This document shows, one piece after another, positions 14,415 to 30,802 of a DNA stretch of 64,000 bases. Within the stretch, counting starts at the first letter, position 1. Every line of letters starts with the position of its first letter. Origin of the DNA: Eledone cirrhosa (taxonomy: Eukaryota); the NCBI GenBank assembly GCA_964016885.1, contig OZ024742.1, forward strand, positions 360,406,001-360,470,000, written 5' to 3'. Made by a program: the position numbers and the translations under genes. The notes below the pieces were generated by a model. The model was not told where the DNA came from and searched no databases. It saw nothing but the letters and a program-made list of their open reading frames with translations.

Positions 14415-15040
14415 GGATGCACCGCAGGAAAGCTTGAAAAACATCGGAGTTGATGCAAGGCAACTTTAAGTTTTGGCAACAGATCATAATAATTGACACT
14501 CAAAAGTCTGGGAAGGTATGAAAAGTTTTGAGGAAAACAATAAAATATGTCAATCTAAAACGTAAAGTCAGGAAAAACCAAATAGATACAGAACATGAAT
14601 ATGGTGCTAAGGTTTTGTCTTGGGAAATTTGTGGCAAAATATGTCTATTTCTTGTCGGCCTTACATCCCACATCAGAGTACACAACAGTCTCATATTGAC
14701 TGTAGCAGTTACTTGCTAGTACATCCCCCAAATATTCCTAGATCCTGTCCTGCCGGCCTTAAATCCCACTTGAGATATATTGACTATAGCAGTTACTCGC
14801 TAGTACACCCTAATCAATACCACATCTGCCACCCACAAAATGTGTAAATCATAGGGAGGTTTAAAGAGACCTGTTAAAGTACATCAAATGAAGGCACCAC
14901 AGTCTTTGTCAAAACTTACCTGTAATTTGTCTGGTCGACCTTTTGCTTCTGTACCTGGTCTAAAAAGCCACATAAGACACCATACTGGAAATGATCTTCA
15001 TGGACATTGAGTGGTCAAGCTCTGTATTGAGCAGACAACC
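14412..15040 (+). pseudogene. Decayed LINE (RTE-like) 3' end with C2H2-like motifs
   Basis: EICGKICLFLVGLTSHIRVH and GLKSH motifs spread across frames with stops. Confidence 0.45.
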
Positions 15041-15044
15041 AACG

Positions 15045-15075
<31 letters not shown>

Positions 15076-15244
15076 GTGAGGTTTTTTTACAAAATAAAAA
15101 AAAGGTGTCCTACACGAGTGAAAGTATAAGGAAAAAAGATGAAATCGAAAATGCAACTGGAGTCTTTTTTTAAAAATATATTTTAAAAAAAAAGACTCCA
15201 GTTGCATTTTCGATTTCATCTTTTTTCTTTATATATATATATAA

Positions 15245-15357
<113 letters not shown>

Positions 15358-16457
15358 CGTGTGCGTGTGTGTGTGTGTTGTGTGTGTGTGTGTTAGAAAA
15401 AACGAGGAAGTTTCGTTTACATGTATAATATTTTTATTGTGGCTCGACCTGTTACGCGCATTTCTCAGAGGATTGGCTCAGGGTCACCCATAGGAGTTAT
15501 GGACGACCCGACTCCATTATCGATCTGTTCTTTAATGCGTGCGGGAAAGAAATATAGGAAACAGAGAACGCGGAAGAGACAAGAACATGGATAATTCCCG
15601 CTCATCTCGTAGATATATGTACATATATATACATATATATATACATATATATATATGCGTGTGTATGTGCGTGTGTGTGTATGTGTATGTGCTTGTATGC
15701 ATATAAGCATGTGCGTATGTATCAATAGGTTGATATATGTGTGGAAGAGTGTGTTTTCACATTTAATGCAATGAAGCCAGTACGTATGGAGAGAAGGGAA
15801 AGTCAATTAATCGACCCAGTGCATTACTGGTACTTTATTTTATTAACCTTGTAGGGATAAAAGTGAAAGCCAACCTCTAACCTCAACAGGATTTGAACTC
15901 TGTCTGACGCTCTAGAGATACTGCCAACCACCGCCCTCTGTAGGTGGAAATAATTAACAGTTAACTGAGAATAGACCATGGAGATTAGTCATATAAGAAT
16001 TTCAAGGTACATATTTGGCAATGACCAAATATATCTCTGTTGGTAATTACTGGTATGTGTCATCAACGTTTAATTGGTTAATTAGCGGAAAATCTCCTTA
16101 GTTGATGAATCAACTCTCAAAACACTTTCTCTCTTAGATTTCCTTATTTCATCTTTAAGTTTTTCTTTTATCAAAAAGTCACTACCACTGCTACTACTAA
16201 TACTACTACTGCTGCTACTACTGCTGCTACTACTACTACTTCTACTACTACTACCACTACTACTACTACCATTACTACTACTACCACTACCACCACTATT
16301 ATTACTACTGCTGCTGCTGCTACTACTACTACTACTACTACTACAGAAATGGCTGTAAATACCAGATTATTGATGTTACCATCCCAGTGAACCACAACAT
16401 AACTCTGAAGAAATAACTTAATATACTGACTTGAAGATTAAAATATAGTGAATATAA

Positions 16458-16982
16458 TTGTTGCTACTTTTGGCACAAGGCCAACAGTTACCCAGTGTAT
16501 TACTGGTACTTTATTTTATCGACCCCGTAAGGATGAAAGGCAAAGTTAACCTCGACGGAATTTCAACTCAGACCGTAAAGCACTGGTTCTCAACCTTTTT
16601 TTGCCAACGGCACACCTTGGAACACATGAAGAAATACCTGGCTAAATATATATGAAAAATATTTGAATTTTACAAAATAAAAATTGGGATCACGTGGTTT
16701 TTCGCATTTTCTTAGTGTGCCGTTCAAAATTTCGCGGCGCACTTAGGAAGATCTCGCGGCACACTGGTTGAGAATCACTGCCGTAAAGGGACGTAACTCT
16801 ATGATTTTACTTTTTGGCACAATGCCAGCAATTATCCCAGTGTATTACTAGTACTTTATTTTATCGACCCCGTAAGGATGAAAGGCAAAGTTAACCTCGG
16901 CGGGATTTGAACTCAGTCCGTAAAGGGACGTAACTGCGCTACAAAGCATGGCGTCCGACTCTCTACCGATACTGCCAATCCA
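16458..16982 (-). mobile_element. Two tandem tRNA-derived SINE family A copies, the first interrupted by a MITE
   Basis: Minus strand tggcagtatcggtagag (A box) ... gagttcaaatccc (B box) ... gcctttcatccttacggggtcgataaaa, which resembles the Meta-SINE central domain (from memory). Other copies at ~15805-15935, 24988-25110, 36855-37038, 37590-37775 and 52227-52405. Confidence 0.8.
16581..16780. mobile_element. hAT-type MITE (200 bp)
   Basis: TIRs cactggttctcaacc / ggttgagaatcactg; perfect 8-bp TSD CCGTAAAG (16573-16580, 16781-16788). Confidence 0.9.
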
Positions 16983-17724
16983 CAATGAAATATCGAATGT
17001 AGTGAAAACCAGCTAAAAACAGGATGATTCCAGTTATCAGTGGTTAGAGCTTGATACCAGTAATACTGGGAGAGAGGGGGGGGGTATATTGATCTAATAG
17101 ACCGTCAATCACAAATTACTCTCCTACAAAAGACTGCTCATAGCTCAGGAAAGTACTGTCTATTTAAGGTCCTTGTTGTGACCCAACTGCCAGTTGGGTT
17201 TACCCTGTTAAATCTGTCCAGTGATTCTTTCCTGAGACATTCTAACTACATGTCCATAATATCGGAGATGTGATCTCCGAGGAGGAGGAGGATGAGGAGG
17301 TGGGGGGATCGCAACTGATTAGTCGATTCTAATCGATATTGGTGTATCTTATTGGAATATTAAATATATTAACAGCAACAGAAGCAGCAACAACATTAAC
17401 AACAACAACAGCAACAACAACAACTGGCCGAAGCATCGCTAAGACAAAGGAACTATTTTAGGGGTGGCAGGAAGAAGAAGAAGAAGAAGAAGAAGAAGAA
17501 GAAGAAGAAGAAGAAGAAGAAGAAGAAGAAGAAGAAGAAGAAGAAGAAGAAGAAGAAGAAGAAGAAGAAGAAGAAGAAGATCTGCCATTACTAAACCCTT
17601 CTATTTCCCATCATATCTTCTTCTACGATTAAACTTCTCATGCTGCCCTTATTTCATCACATGTAACAATTGGACCTTTTTTTTCTAAACCTTACTCCTA
17701 TTGCCCCCCCCCCCCCTCACCTCC

Positions 17725-17756
<32 letters not shown>

Positions 17757-18254
17757 CTCACTGGGGTATACTACTGGGTTGTCTTTAGGGTCTTTAGGGA
17801 TCATTACGAACAAAATTACAATTTGACATCTGTTAATGGTAATTTGTTTCTTCCTGTCAGTTATTGCTTGAGTTAAATATTTTGGGCGGGGGGGGGGGAA
17901 AGGTGGGAGAGAAGGAGAAGAAGTGAGCAAGAGAGACAGATAAGAAGAGTGATGGAAAGGGAGAGGAGAGAAAGAGAGAGAGAGAGGAAAATGAAGAAAG
18001 AGGAGTGAAACGGAGAGGGAACGAGAAAGAGACAGAAAGAGAGGGAAAGGGAAAGAGAAGGAGAGAGAGAGAGAGGAAAAGAGAGAGGGAGAGAGAGAGA
18101 TGGAGAGAGGGAGGGAGAGAGAGAAAAGAAAGAACGAGAGAATCAGAAAGGGAGAGAAAGGAAGGCACAAAGAGTGTCAAAGAACTTTGGAAAAATTTCA
18201 AAGAATGAAAATAATTGTCCACGTGGTGGCCATCATCCATGTCTTTTTAGATAG

Positions 18255-20453
18255 CTTTACCTATTAAAGCTGGCTTTACCTATTAAAGCCCTCGCTACAA
18301 AATTAGCTTTACCTGTTGAAGCCCTCGCTACAAAGCTGACTTTACCTATTAAAGCCCTCACTACAAAGCTGACTTTACCTATTGAAGCCCTCATTACAAA
18401 GCTGACTTTACCTATTAAAGCCCTCGCTACAAAGCTGACTTTACCTATTAAAGGCCTCGCTACAAAGCTGACTTTACCTATTAAAGCCCTCGCTACAAAG
18501 CTGACTTTACCTATTAAAGCCCTCGCTACAAAGCTGACTTTACCTATTAAAGCCCTCGCTACAAAGCTGACTTTACCTATTAAAGCCCTCGCTACAAAGC
18601 TGACTTTACCTATTGAAGCCCTCATTACAAAGCTGACTTTATCTATTAAAGCCCTCGCTACAAAGCTGACTTTACCTATTAAAGCCCTCGCTACAAAGCT
18701 GACTTTACCTATTAAAGCCCTCGCTACAAAGCTGACTTTACCTATTAAAGCCCTCGCTACAAAGCTGACTTTACCTATTGAAGCCCTCATTACAAAGCTG
18801 ACTTTACCTATTAAAGCCCTCGCTACAAAGCTGACTTTACCTATTAAAGCCCTCGCTACAAAGCTGACTTTACCTATTAAAGCCCTCGCTACAAAGCTGA
18901 ATTTACCTATTAAAGCCCTCGCTACAAAGCTGACTTTACCTATTAAAGCCCTCGCTACAAAGCTGACTTTACCTATTAAAGCCCTCGCTACACAGCTGAC
19001 TTTACCTATTAAATCCCTCGCTACACAGCTGACTTTACCTATTAAAGCCCTCGCTACAAAGCTGACTTTACCTATTGAAGCCCTCATTACAAAGCTGACT
19101 TTACCTATTAAAGCCCTCGCTACAAAGCTGACTTTACCTATTAAAGCCCTCGCTACAAAGCTGACTTTACCTATTGAAGCCCTCATTACAAAGCTGACTT
19201 TACCTATTAAAGCCCTCGCTACAAAGCTGACTTTACCTATTAAAGCCCTCGCTACAAAGCTGACTTTACCTATTAAAGCCCTCGCTACAAAGCTGACTTT
19301 ACCTATTGAAGCCCTCATTACAAAGCTGACTTTACCTATTAAAGCCCTCGCTACAAAGCTGACTTTACCTATTAAAGCCCTCGCTACAAAGCTGACTTTA
19401 CCTATTGAAGCCCTCATTACAAAGCTGACTTTACCTATTAAAGCCCTCGCTACAAAGCTGACTTTACCTATTAAAGCCCTCGCTACAAAGCTGACTTTAC
19501 CTATTAAAGCCCTCGCTACACAGCTGACTTTACCTATTAAAGCCCTCGCTACAAAGCTGACTTTACCTATTGAAGCCCTCATTACAAAGCTGACTTTACC
19601 TATTAAAGCCCTCGCTACAAAGCTGACTTTACCTATTAAAGCCCTCGCTACAAAGCTGACTTTACCTATTAAAGCCCTCATTACAAAGCTGACTTTACCT
19701 ATTAAAGCCCTCGCTACAAAGCTGACTTTACCTATTAAAGCCCTCGCTACAAAGCTGACTTTACCTATTAAAGCCCTCGCTACAAAGCTGACTTTACCTA
19801 TTGAAGCCCTCATTACAAAGCTGACTTTACCTATTGAAGCCCTCATTACAAAGCTGACTTTACCTATTAAAGCCCTCGCTACAAAGCTGACTTTACCTAT
19901 TGAAGCCCTCGCTACAAAGCTGACTTTACCTATTGAAGCCCTCATTACAAAGCTGACTTTACCTATTGAAGCCCTCATTACAAAGCTGACTTTACCTATT
20001 GAAGCCCTCACTACAAAGCTGACTTTACCTATTGAAGCCCTCATTACAAAGCTGACTTTACCTATTAAAGCCCTCGCTACAAAGCTGACTTTACCTATTG
20101 AAGCCCTCGCTACAAAGCTGACTTTACCTATTGAAGCCCTCGCTACAAAGCTGACTTTACCTATTGAAGCCCTCATTACAAAGCTGACTTTACCTATTAA
20201 AGCCCTCGCTACAAAGCTGACTTTACCTATTAAAGCCCTCACTACAAAACTGACTTTACCTATTAAAGCCCTCGCTACAAAGCTGACTTTACGTATTAAA
20301 GCCCTCGCTACAAAGCTGACTTTACGTATTAAAGCCCTCGCTACAAAGCTGACTGTACCTATTAAAGCCCTCACTACAAAGCTGACTTTACCTATTAAAG
20401 CCCTCGCTACAAAGCTGACTTTACCTATTAAAGCCCTCGCTACAAAGCTGGCT
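18255..20453. repeat. 33-bp minisatellite (~66 copies)
   Basis: Unit tttacctattaaagccctcgctacaaagctgac with a recurrent variant ttgaagccctcattac. Confidence 0.95.
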
Positions 20454-20818
20454 ATACTAATGGTAAGGTTATCTGACCACGAAATATCAACTTCAATAAC
20501 TGACGTTTCATTACTTCATATCTCTAGAATGAATCTCCGTCGGTTCCAGCGACTTGTGATCTAGTGTTCTTGTTTTCGCCCGTGAAATTAACGTGCAGGT
20601 GGTTGAGAATTTGATAGACACGTGTACCCTTAGCGTAATTCTCTGGGAGATTCAGCATGACAGGGGTGGTTCTTTGAATTACATGTACGACTCACTTTTG
20701 CCAGCTGAGTGGACTGGTGTAATTTGAAATACGCTTTAAATCGAACTCACAACCTTACGATTGTGAGCCTAATAGCCTCTCCTCTAAGCCACCAAAGATG
20801 GAAGAGAATCATATAAAG

Positions 20819-22600
20819 CAGTGGTTCTCAACCTTTTTTTGCCAACGGCACACCTTGGAACACATGAAAATATAGTGGCACACCTGGCTAAATATATATG
20901 AAAAATATTTGAATTTTACAAAATAAAAACATAGCAAGTCATAGTCGGCATACAACTGTAGACACAGGCTAGTCACAGACGGCATACACTGTAGACACAG
21001 ACTAGTCATAGACGGCATACAACTGTAGACACAGGCTAGTCATAGACGGCATACACTGTAGACACAGACTAGTCATAGACGGCATACAACTGTAGACACA
21101 GGCTAGTCATAGACGGCATACAACTGTAGACACAGACTAGTCATAGACGGCATACAACTGTAGACACAGGCTAGTCATAGATGGCATACAACCGTAGACA
21201 CAGGCTAGTCATAGACGGCATACAACCGTAGACACAGGCTAGTCATAGACGGCATACAACTGTAGACACAGACTAGTCATAGACGGCATACAACTGTAGA
21301 CACAGACTAGTCATAGACGGCATACAACTGTAGACACAGGCTAGTCATAGACGGCATACAACTGTAGACACAGACTAGTCATAGACGGCATACAACTGTA
21401 GACACAAGCTAGTCATAGATGGCATACAACTGTAGACACAGGCTAGTCATAGATGGCATACAACTGTAGACACAAACTAGTCATAGACGGCATACAACTG
21501 TAGACACAGACTAGTCATAGACGGCATACAACTGTAGACACAGGCTAGTCATAGATGGCATACAACTGTAGACACAGACTAGTCATAGACGGCATACAAC
21601 TGTAGACACAGGCTAGTCATAGACGGTATACAATTGTAGACACAGACTAGTCATAGACTGCATACAACTGTAGACACAGACTAGTCATAGACGGCATACA
21701 ACCGTAGACACAGACTAGTCATAGACGGTATACAACTGTAGACACAGACTAGTCATAGACGGCATACAACTATAGACACAGGCTAGTCATAGACGGCATA
21801 CAACAGTAGACACAGACTAGTCATAGACGGCATACAACCGTAGACACAGACTAGTCATAGACGGCATACAACTGTAGACACAGGCTAGTCATAGACGGCA
21901 TACAACTATAGACACAGGCTAGTCATAGACGGTATACAACTGTAGACACAGGCTAGTCATAGACGGTATACAACTGTAGACACAGGCTAGTCATAGACGG
22001 CATACAACTGTAGACACAGACTAGTCATAGACGGCATACAACCGTAGACACAGGTTAGTCATAGAAGGCATACAACTGTAGACACAGGCTAGTCATAGAC
22101 GGCATACAACTATAGACACAGGCTAGTCATAGACGGCATACAACTGTAGACACAGACTAGTCATAGACGGCATACAACCGTAGACACAGGCTAGTCATAG
22201 ACGGCATACAACCGTAGACACAGACTAGTCATAGACGGCATACAACCGTAGACACAGGCTAGTCATAGACGGCATACAACTGTAGACACAAGCTAGTCAT
22301 AGACGGCATACAACCGTAGACACAGACTAGTCATAGACGGCATACAACCGTAGACACAGGCTAGTCATAGACACATAGAATGACTCGAACTAAATAAAGA
22401 AAAACACTTAGAATAAAGAAAGACATTTGGAAACATTTCGCTCATCCCTAAATGAACAAAGCTATGTGGTGCAACATGTTACACCACAGACTGTGAATAC
22501 TCAATAGGAATCACGTGGTTTTTCGCATTTTCTTAGTGTGCCGTTCAAAATTTCGCGGCACACTTAGGAAGATCTCGCGGCACATGGTTGAGAATCACTG
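20819..22600. mobile_element. hAT-type MITE of the 16581 family carrying an internal 34-bp array
   Basis: TIRs cagtggttctcaacc / ggttgagaatcactg; TSD atataaag / atatagag. Confidence 0.9.
20935..22372. repeat. 34-bp minisatellite (~42 copies)
   Basis: Unit ctagtcatagacggcatacaactgtagacacag(a/g). Confidence 0.95.
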
Positions 22601-22796
22601 ATATAGAGTGTCAATTGTTTCCGCCATAAGCGCCACGAGTCAGATGACAGAAAGAAAGTTTAATCGAAACATCGCCATCAGAAATATTTGCCACTTTGAA
22701 GTTCCTGAAAAATAATCACATTTTTGGTTTGGAAAATACTAGCAGAAACAGTTCTCACGAACATGTGTTTGTGTCTGTGTGTCTGTGTGTGTGTTT

Positions 22797-22891
<95 letters not shown>

Positions 22892-23694
22892 TGTGTGTGT
22901 CTGTGTGTGTCTGTGTGTGTCTGTGTGTGTCTGTGTGTCTGTGTGTCTGTGTGTGTGTGTGTGTCTGTGTGTGTGTGTATGCGTGTGTGTGTGTCTGTGT
23001 GAGTGTGTGTGTGTATCTGTGTCTGTGTATGTGTTTGTTTGTGTCTCTGTGTGTGTCTGTGTGTGTGTCTGTGTTTGTCTGTGTGAGTGTGTCTGTGTGT
23101 GTCTGTGTATGTGTGTGTGTGTTTCTGTGTTTGTCTGTGTGAGTGTCTGTGTGTGTCTCTGTATGAGTGTTTGACATTTTATTCATTTGATCATTGCGTT
23201 CTTAAATAATTCATAAAGCAGAATAGATGACCATCATTAGCAGAAGTTCAAGATGCATGCCAACTACATCGACTTCCACAATCTGAAACGACATCATTAA
23301 ATATTAATTTATATCTTAGCTGAATTATAGACCGAAAACTATCCAGTATATTACACTGTAAACTGATGGAACGACTTCCATTATTGGATATGCAAGAAAA
23401 AAGCAATGGTATATGGTGTATTAAACACAGATATAGAGTATATATAGTGTATATCGTGTATTAGACAGATATATAGTATATATAGTATATTAGACACAGA
23501 TATAGAGTATATATAATGTATTAGACACAGATCACAGACGTTGTATTTAATGCTTTGCACATCATATCATACTTTTAACTAGAATTACAGCCGTATGCTG
23601 TTATTTCTGGAAAATTGTGTCAAACCTGATACCAACTAAAACATCTGATTATCCAACATAACATACTACCACCATTACTAAATGTATCCACTTA

Positions 23695-24540
23695 TTTGTG
23701 GTGACATGATAAAACCTTTCCATCTCACAAGACCAACACTAACTACCTCAGTCCTTCACCAGATAGTTCTGTATCTTTGTGGTGACATGATAAAACCTTT
23801 CCATCTCACAAGACCAACACTAACTACCTCAGTCCTTCACCAGATAGTTCTGTATATTTATAGTGACATGATAAAACCTTTCCATCTCACAAGACCAACA
23901 CTAACTACCTCAGTCCTTCACCAGATAGTTCTGTATATTTATAGTGACATGATAAAACCTTTCCATCTCACAAGACCAACACTAACTACCTCAGTCCTTC
24001 ACCAGATAGTTCTGTATCTTTGTGGTGACATGATAAAACCTTTCCATCTCACAAGACCAACACTAACTACCTCAGTCCTTCACCAGATAGTTCTGTATCT
24101 TTATAGTGACATGATAAAACCTTTCCATCTCACAAAACCAAAACTAATTACCTCAGTCCTTCACCAGATAGTTCTGTATCTTTGTGGTGACATGATAAAA
24201 CCTTTCCATCTCACAAAACCAACACTAACTACCTCAGTCCTTCACCAGATAGTTCTGTATCTTTGTGGTGACATGATAAAACCTTTCCATCTCACAAGAC
24301 CAACACTAACTACCTCAGTCCTTCACCAGATAGTTCTGTATCTTTATAGTGACATGATAAAACCTTTCCATCTCACAAGACCAACACTAACTACCTCAGT
24401 CCTTCACCAGATAGTTCTGTATCTTTATAGTGACATGATAAAACCTTTCCATCTCACAAGACCAACACTAACTACCTCAGTCCTTCACCAGATAGTTCTG
24501 TATCTTTATAGTGACATGATAAAACCTTTCCATCTCACAT
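23695..24540. repeat. 81-bp tandem array (~10 copies)
   Basis: gtgacatgataaaacc recurs at 23701, 23782 and onward. Confidence 0.95.
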
Positions 24541-24715
24541 AATCCAACATTAACCTCAGTTCTTCACTGTGTAATTCTTTATCTTCCTTAATGACTCTCT
24601 TTGATCTCTTGAGGCATCTTTCTCATTTGTGTTTCTCATTAGTGAGCTCCCATAGTAAAAGTTTGTAGCAGGTTCCTTTCCTTAGATGACATGACCTGCA
24701 AGTTTGAGACTCCTG
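24520..24715 (-). pseudogene. Decayed RTE-type LINE 3' end
   Basis: Minus strand RSLKLAGHVI...KLLLWELT...KEDKELHSEELRLMLDYVRWKGFIMS, homologous to RLRLAGH..LLWEP..DTGL..MRDRDRW at 54257. Confidence 0.7.
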
Positions 24716-24900
24716 ATGGTATGGCTAATGGGCGGGAGAATATGAATAGAACACACATTTATATAATATTGATTTCTAATTTAGTCACAAGGCCTACAAC
24801 TCCACCAGGGCTTACGTGTACACGCACACACACACACACATACACACGCGCAAACACACACATACACACGCGCACACACACCCACACCCACACTCACACG

Positions 24901-24947
<47 letters not shown>

Positions 24948-25439
24948 TTATATTGTTATACTTGGGGAGGGTCATATTGTTGTAATAATTGTTTCTACTT
25001 TAGACACAAGGTCAGCAATTACCCAGAGCATTACTGGTACTTTATTTTATCGACCCCGTAAGGATGAAAGGCAAAGTTAACCTCGGCGGGATTTGAACTC
25101 AGAATGGCAATGCCAGAAATAACAACACAACACACTGTTTGGTTGGTTTTCGCTTCTGTATCTTTTATATCTCCACAGTTAGTTTGTTTGGCAATCAATG
25201 TTTATCATTGACTGACCAAGGGTTAAAAATTAAAAATACGGATATAAATATATAGTCTATCAAAGTTCTTTCGTTGCAACATCATCAGTGGTACTTATTA
25301 TGTTTCCTCCTATTGTATGGTATGGTAATGTCTGCGCCATTATATATATATATGTATATATGTATATATGTATATATGTATATATATATATATATGATAA
25401 TAATGATGGCTGCCCGTTGCAAATGGTGGTGCATATGAA

Positions 25440-26555
<1,116 letters not shown>

Positions 26556-27244
26556 AAGAAGCAGAAGAAAAACGATGATGCATTAACATAAAGTTGTATT
26601 AGTTTCACGCTTAGAAGAAACAGAGTGAGTCACAGAGTCAACGTATCGGGCACTGACCTTCATCGGTAAAACACAAAAGGAAAAGCACAAGGAAATAAAA
26701 TTAGAAAGAAAATAAAAAGAAGAGTGGGAGGAAGAGTGGTGGAGGTGAGGGCACAGACATGTAGTTGGCGGTTGTGTGTAGGTGGGGTGCATATTATGAT
26801 ACGTGTGTGCGTGTTAAGATTGTTGCTGGTGAAACTGTGTGTGGGTGAATATGTGTACACATGCATCCGATATATGTATAGTCATGCAGGGTTTTTGTGG
26901 AACTATCATATAATAGACATCACACCACCCAGTCTGTGTCCTATATTCTACCTTCTTACCTTCTCTACACATCAGTGTCTTCCTTCTTTATCCACATGTT
27001 GGACAACATTCCTTATTGTCTTCTCTCCCTTGTCTAAGCCATTGTAAACTTTATAGTTGGGTAATTTCTCTAAAGTTATAACTTGTCTCTGTCTATTTTG
27101 TTCTGTCTTAATGTGCACTGGACTGAATGGTATCGACCTTAATGAACCGATTTCCAGAGGTTGACTGAGGAGATGGGACACTTCGTATTTCCATTGTTTT
27201 TTCTATTGTCTTTGTCCTGTTGTCCTGTGCGCCCTCTATTTTGA

Positions 27245-27371
<127 letters not shown>

Positions 27372-27552
27372 GTGTGTGTTTATATATATATATGTGTGTA
27401 CGTATGTGTGTGTGTGTGTTTATACATATATATGCGTATGTGTGTGTGTGTGTGTGTTTATATATATATTTATGTGTGTGTGCGTATGTGTGTGTGTGCG
27501 CGTGTGTTGTGTTTTCTCCAGTAATGCGTTTCCCTGAGGTTTCCGCCATAGA

Positions 27553-27768
27553 CTGCCTAGTTGGCTTCAATGGTAGCACCAGTCCAGTTTGTCTCAGAGA
27601 ATATGTTAAAATAGTGGCGAGATTGGAGAACAGAATTAATATTGGACTGCTAACTAATGACTCATAAATTCATATCCATATTGGGCGTTTTGTTGTTTTC
27701 CTGAGTAGAATAGTTACTTCTATAGGCTACATTCAGGACTGGTGCTACCATTAAGACCAACTAGGCAG
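27553..27768. mobile_element. Small element with 33-bp inverted repeats
   Basis: ctgcctagttggcttcaatggtagcaccagtcc ... ggactggtgctaccattaagaccaactaggcag. Confidence 0.55.
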
Positions 27769-27825
27769 ACGCCTAGGGCGCAGACGTCGAGGAGGCATAT
27801 TACTGAACCTTAAAGGATCAGAGTC

Positions 27826-28215
27826 TTATATCAATTTGTATAATTGATTATATAATTTATTATATAATCCATTATAATTTATTATATAATTCAGTATATG
27901 ATTTATTATATCATTTATTATATAATTCATTATATAATTTATTATATAATTTATTATATAATTTATTATATAAATGATTATATAATTTATTATATAATTT
28001 ATTATATAATTTATCATAATTTATCATATAATTTATTATATAATTGATTATATAATTGATTATATAATTGATTATATAATCAATTATATAATTGATTATA
28101 TAATTGATTATATAATTGATTATATAATCAATTATATAATTGATTATATAATTGATTATATAATTGCTTATATAATTGATTGTGTAATTGATTATATAAT
28201 TGATTATATAATTTC
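27826..28215. repeat. 12-bp AT-rich minisatellite (att(g/t)attatata)n
   Basis: Direct observation. Confidence 0.85.
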
Positions 28216-28503
28216 CCAATAGATAAATCACTAAATATATTCATGGTATATTTGTGTTATGGAAATGGCCAAAATGATGGAGATAGATCGTATGATGTTA
28301 TGACCTGTCAGATAATTTGGTCTGAGTGTGTGTGAACTGTGTAGTGTAAAATGCATACATAGTATCTTTCTTAGTGTGGTCATAGAAAGAATTGCTCTTA
28401 ATTCTACAGAATACTAAAGTTCAAGTATTGGTCTTGTGTACCACAGTTTTATATGAGAAACTATATTTTATATATGTGTCTTGGTGTTCGTATCAGTGTG
28501 AGG

Positions 28504-28562
<59 letters not shown>

Positions 28563-28569
<7 letters not shown>

Positions 28570-29270
28570 GTGAGGTTTTTTTTACAAAATGAAAAATAAC
28601 CGAGGTGTCCTACACGAGTGGAAGTATAAAGAAAAAGGGATGAAATCGAAAATGCAACTGAAGTCTTATTTTTTTAAAAATATATATTTATTTGGTTCCT
28701 TTACCGGTTTCGCAGTTCTTCTGCTTTTCAAAAGGTGAGTTGAGATGGAGGGTCTGTGGTTTTTTCTCACATCTGGTTGGTCTCTAAATGTTACTTGTTT
28801 TATATGGAAAAACTGGCTCGAAAACCAGGTTTTTCGAGAAGTAATTTGATTGGTTTGTCAATAATTATAATAAATTTCGCGCCAGTTCGCGTTACAATAG
28901 TTCTTCAAATAAGAGAGGGGGGGGGGGGGGGTTGTCACAGGTTGTTTTTTCATATATGAGTGTTTGAATTTCTTTTTACTTGAAAAAATGAGGCTCACGA
29001 AGGCTTTTTTTTGGTTGGTTATTATATTTATTATAATTATTGACAAACCAATCAAATTACTTCTCGAAAAACCTGGTTTTCGAGCCAGTTTTTCCATATA
29101 AAACAAGTAACATTTAGAGACCAACCAGATGTGAGAAAAACCACAGACCCTCCATCTCAACTCACCTTTTGAAAAGCAGAAGAACTGCGAAACCGGTAAA
29201 GGAACCAAATAAATATATATATTTTTAAAAAAATAAGACTTCAGTTGCATTTTCGATTTCATCCCTTTTT

Positions 29271-29275
<5 letters not shown>
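28563..29275. mobile_element. Fold-back element with a U3-A8 hammerhead in each arm
   Basis: Inverted arms ~28630-28872 and ~29027-29272, flanked by (TA)n. Family members at 15068-15230, 31455-31665, 31875-32085 and 35638-35950. Confidence 0.8.
29165..29202 (+). ncRNA. Type I hammerhead ribozyme, U3-A8 core variant
   Basis: CCUU-UUGAAAA-GCAG-AAGAA-CUGC-GAAA-CCGG-UA-AAGG. Copies at 28698-28735(-), 31491-31527(+) and 31909-31946(+). Confidence 0.75.

Positions 29276-30796
<1,521 letters not shown>

Positions 30797-30802
<6 letters not shown>

Noticed and set aside
20935-22372. 34-bp repeats resembling a CRISPR array in unit length
   Set aside because: Units are contiguous with no unique spacers, there are no cas genes, and the context is eukaryotic. 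The same applies to the 33-bp and 55-bp arrays.
23682-24542. 286-aa 27-residue-repeat ORF (LRR- or zinc-finger-like period)
   Set aside because: It lacks LRR and C2H2 consensus, and the unit derives from the antisense of a LINE end.
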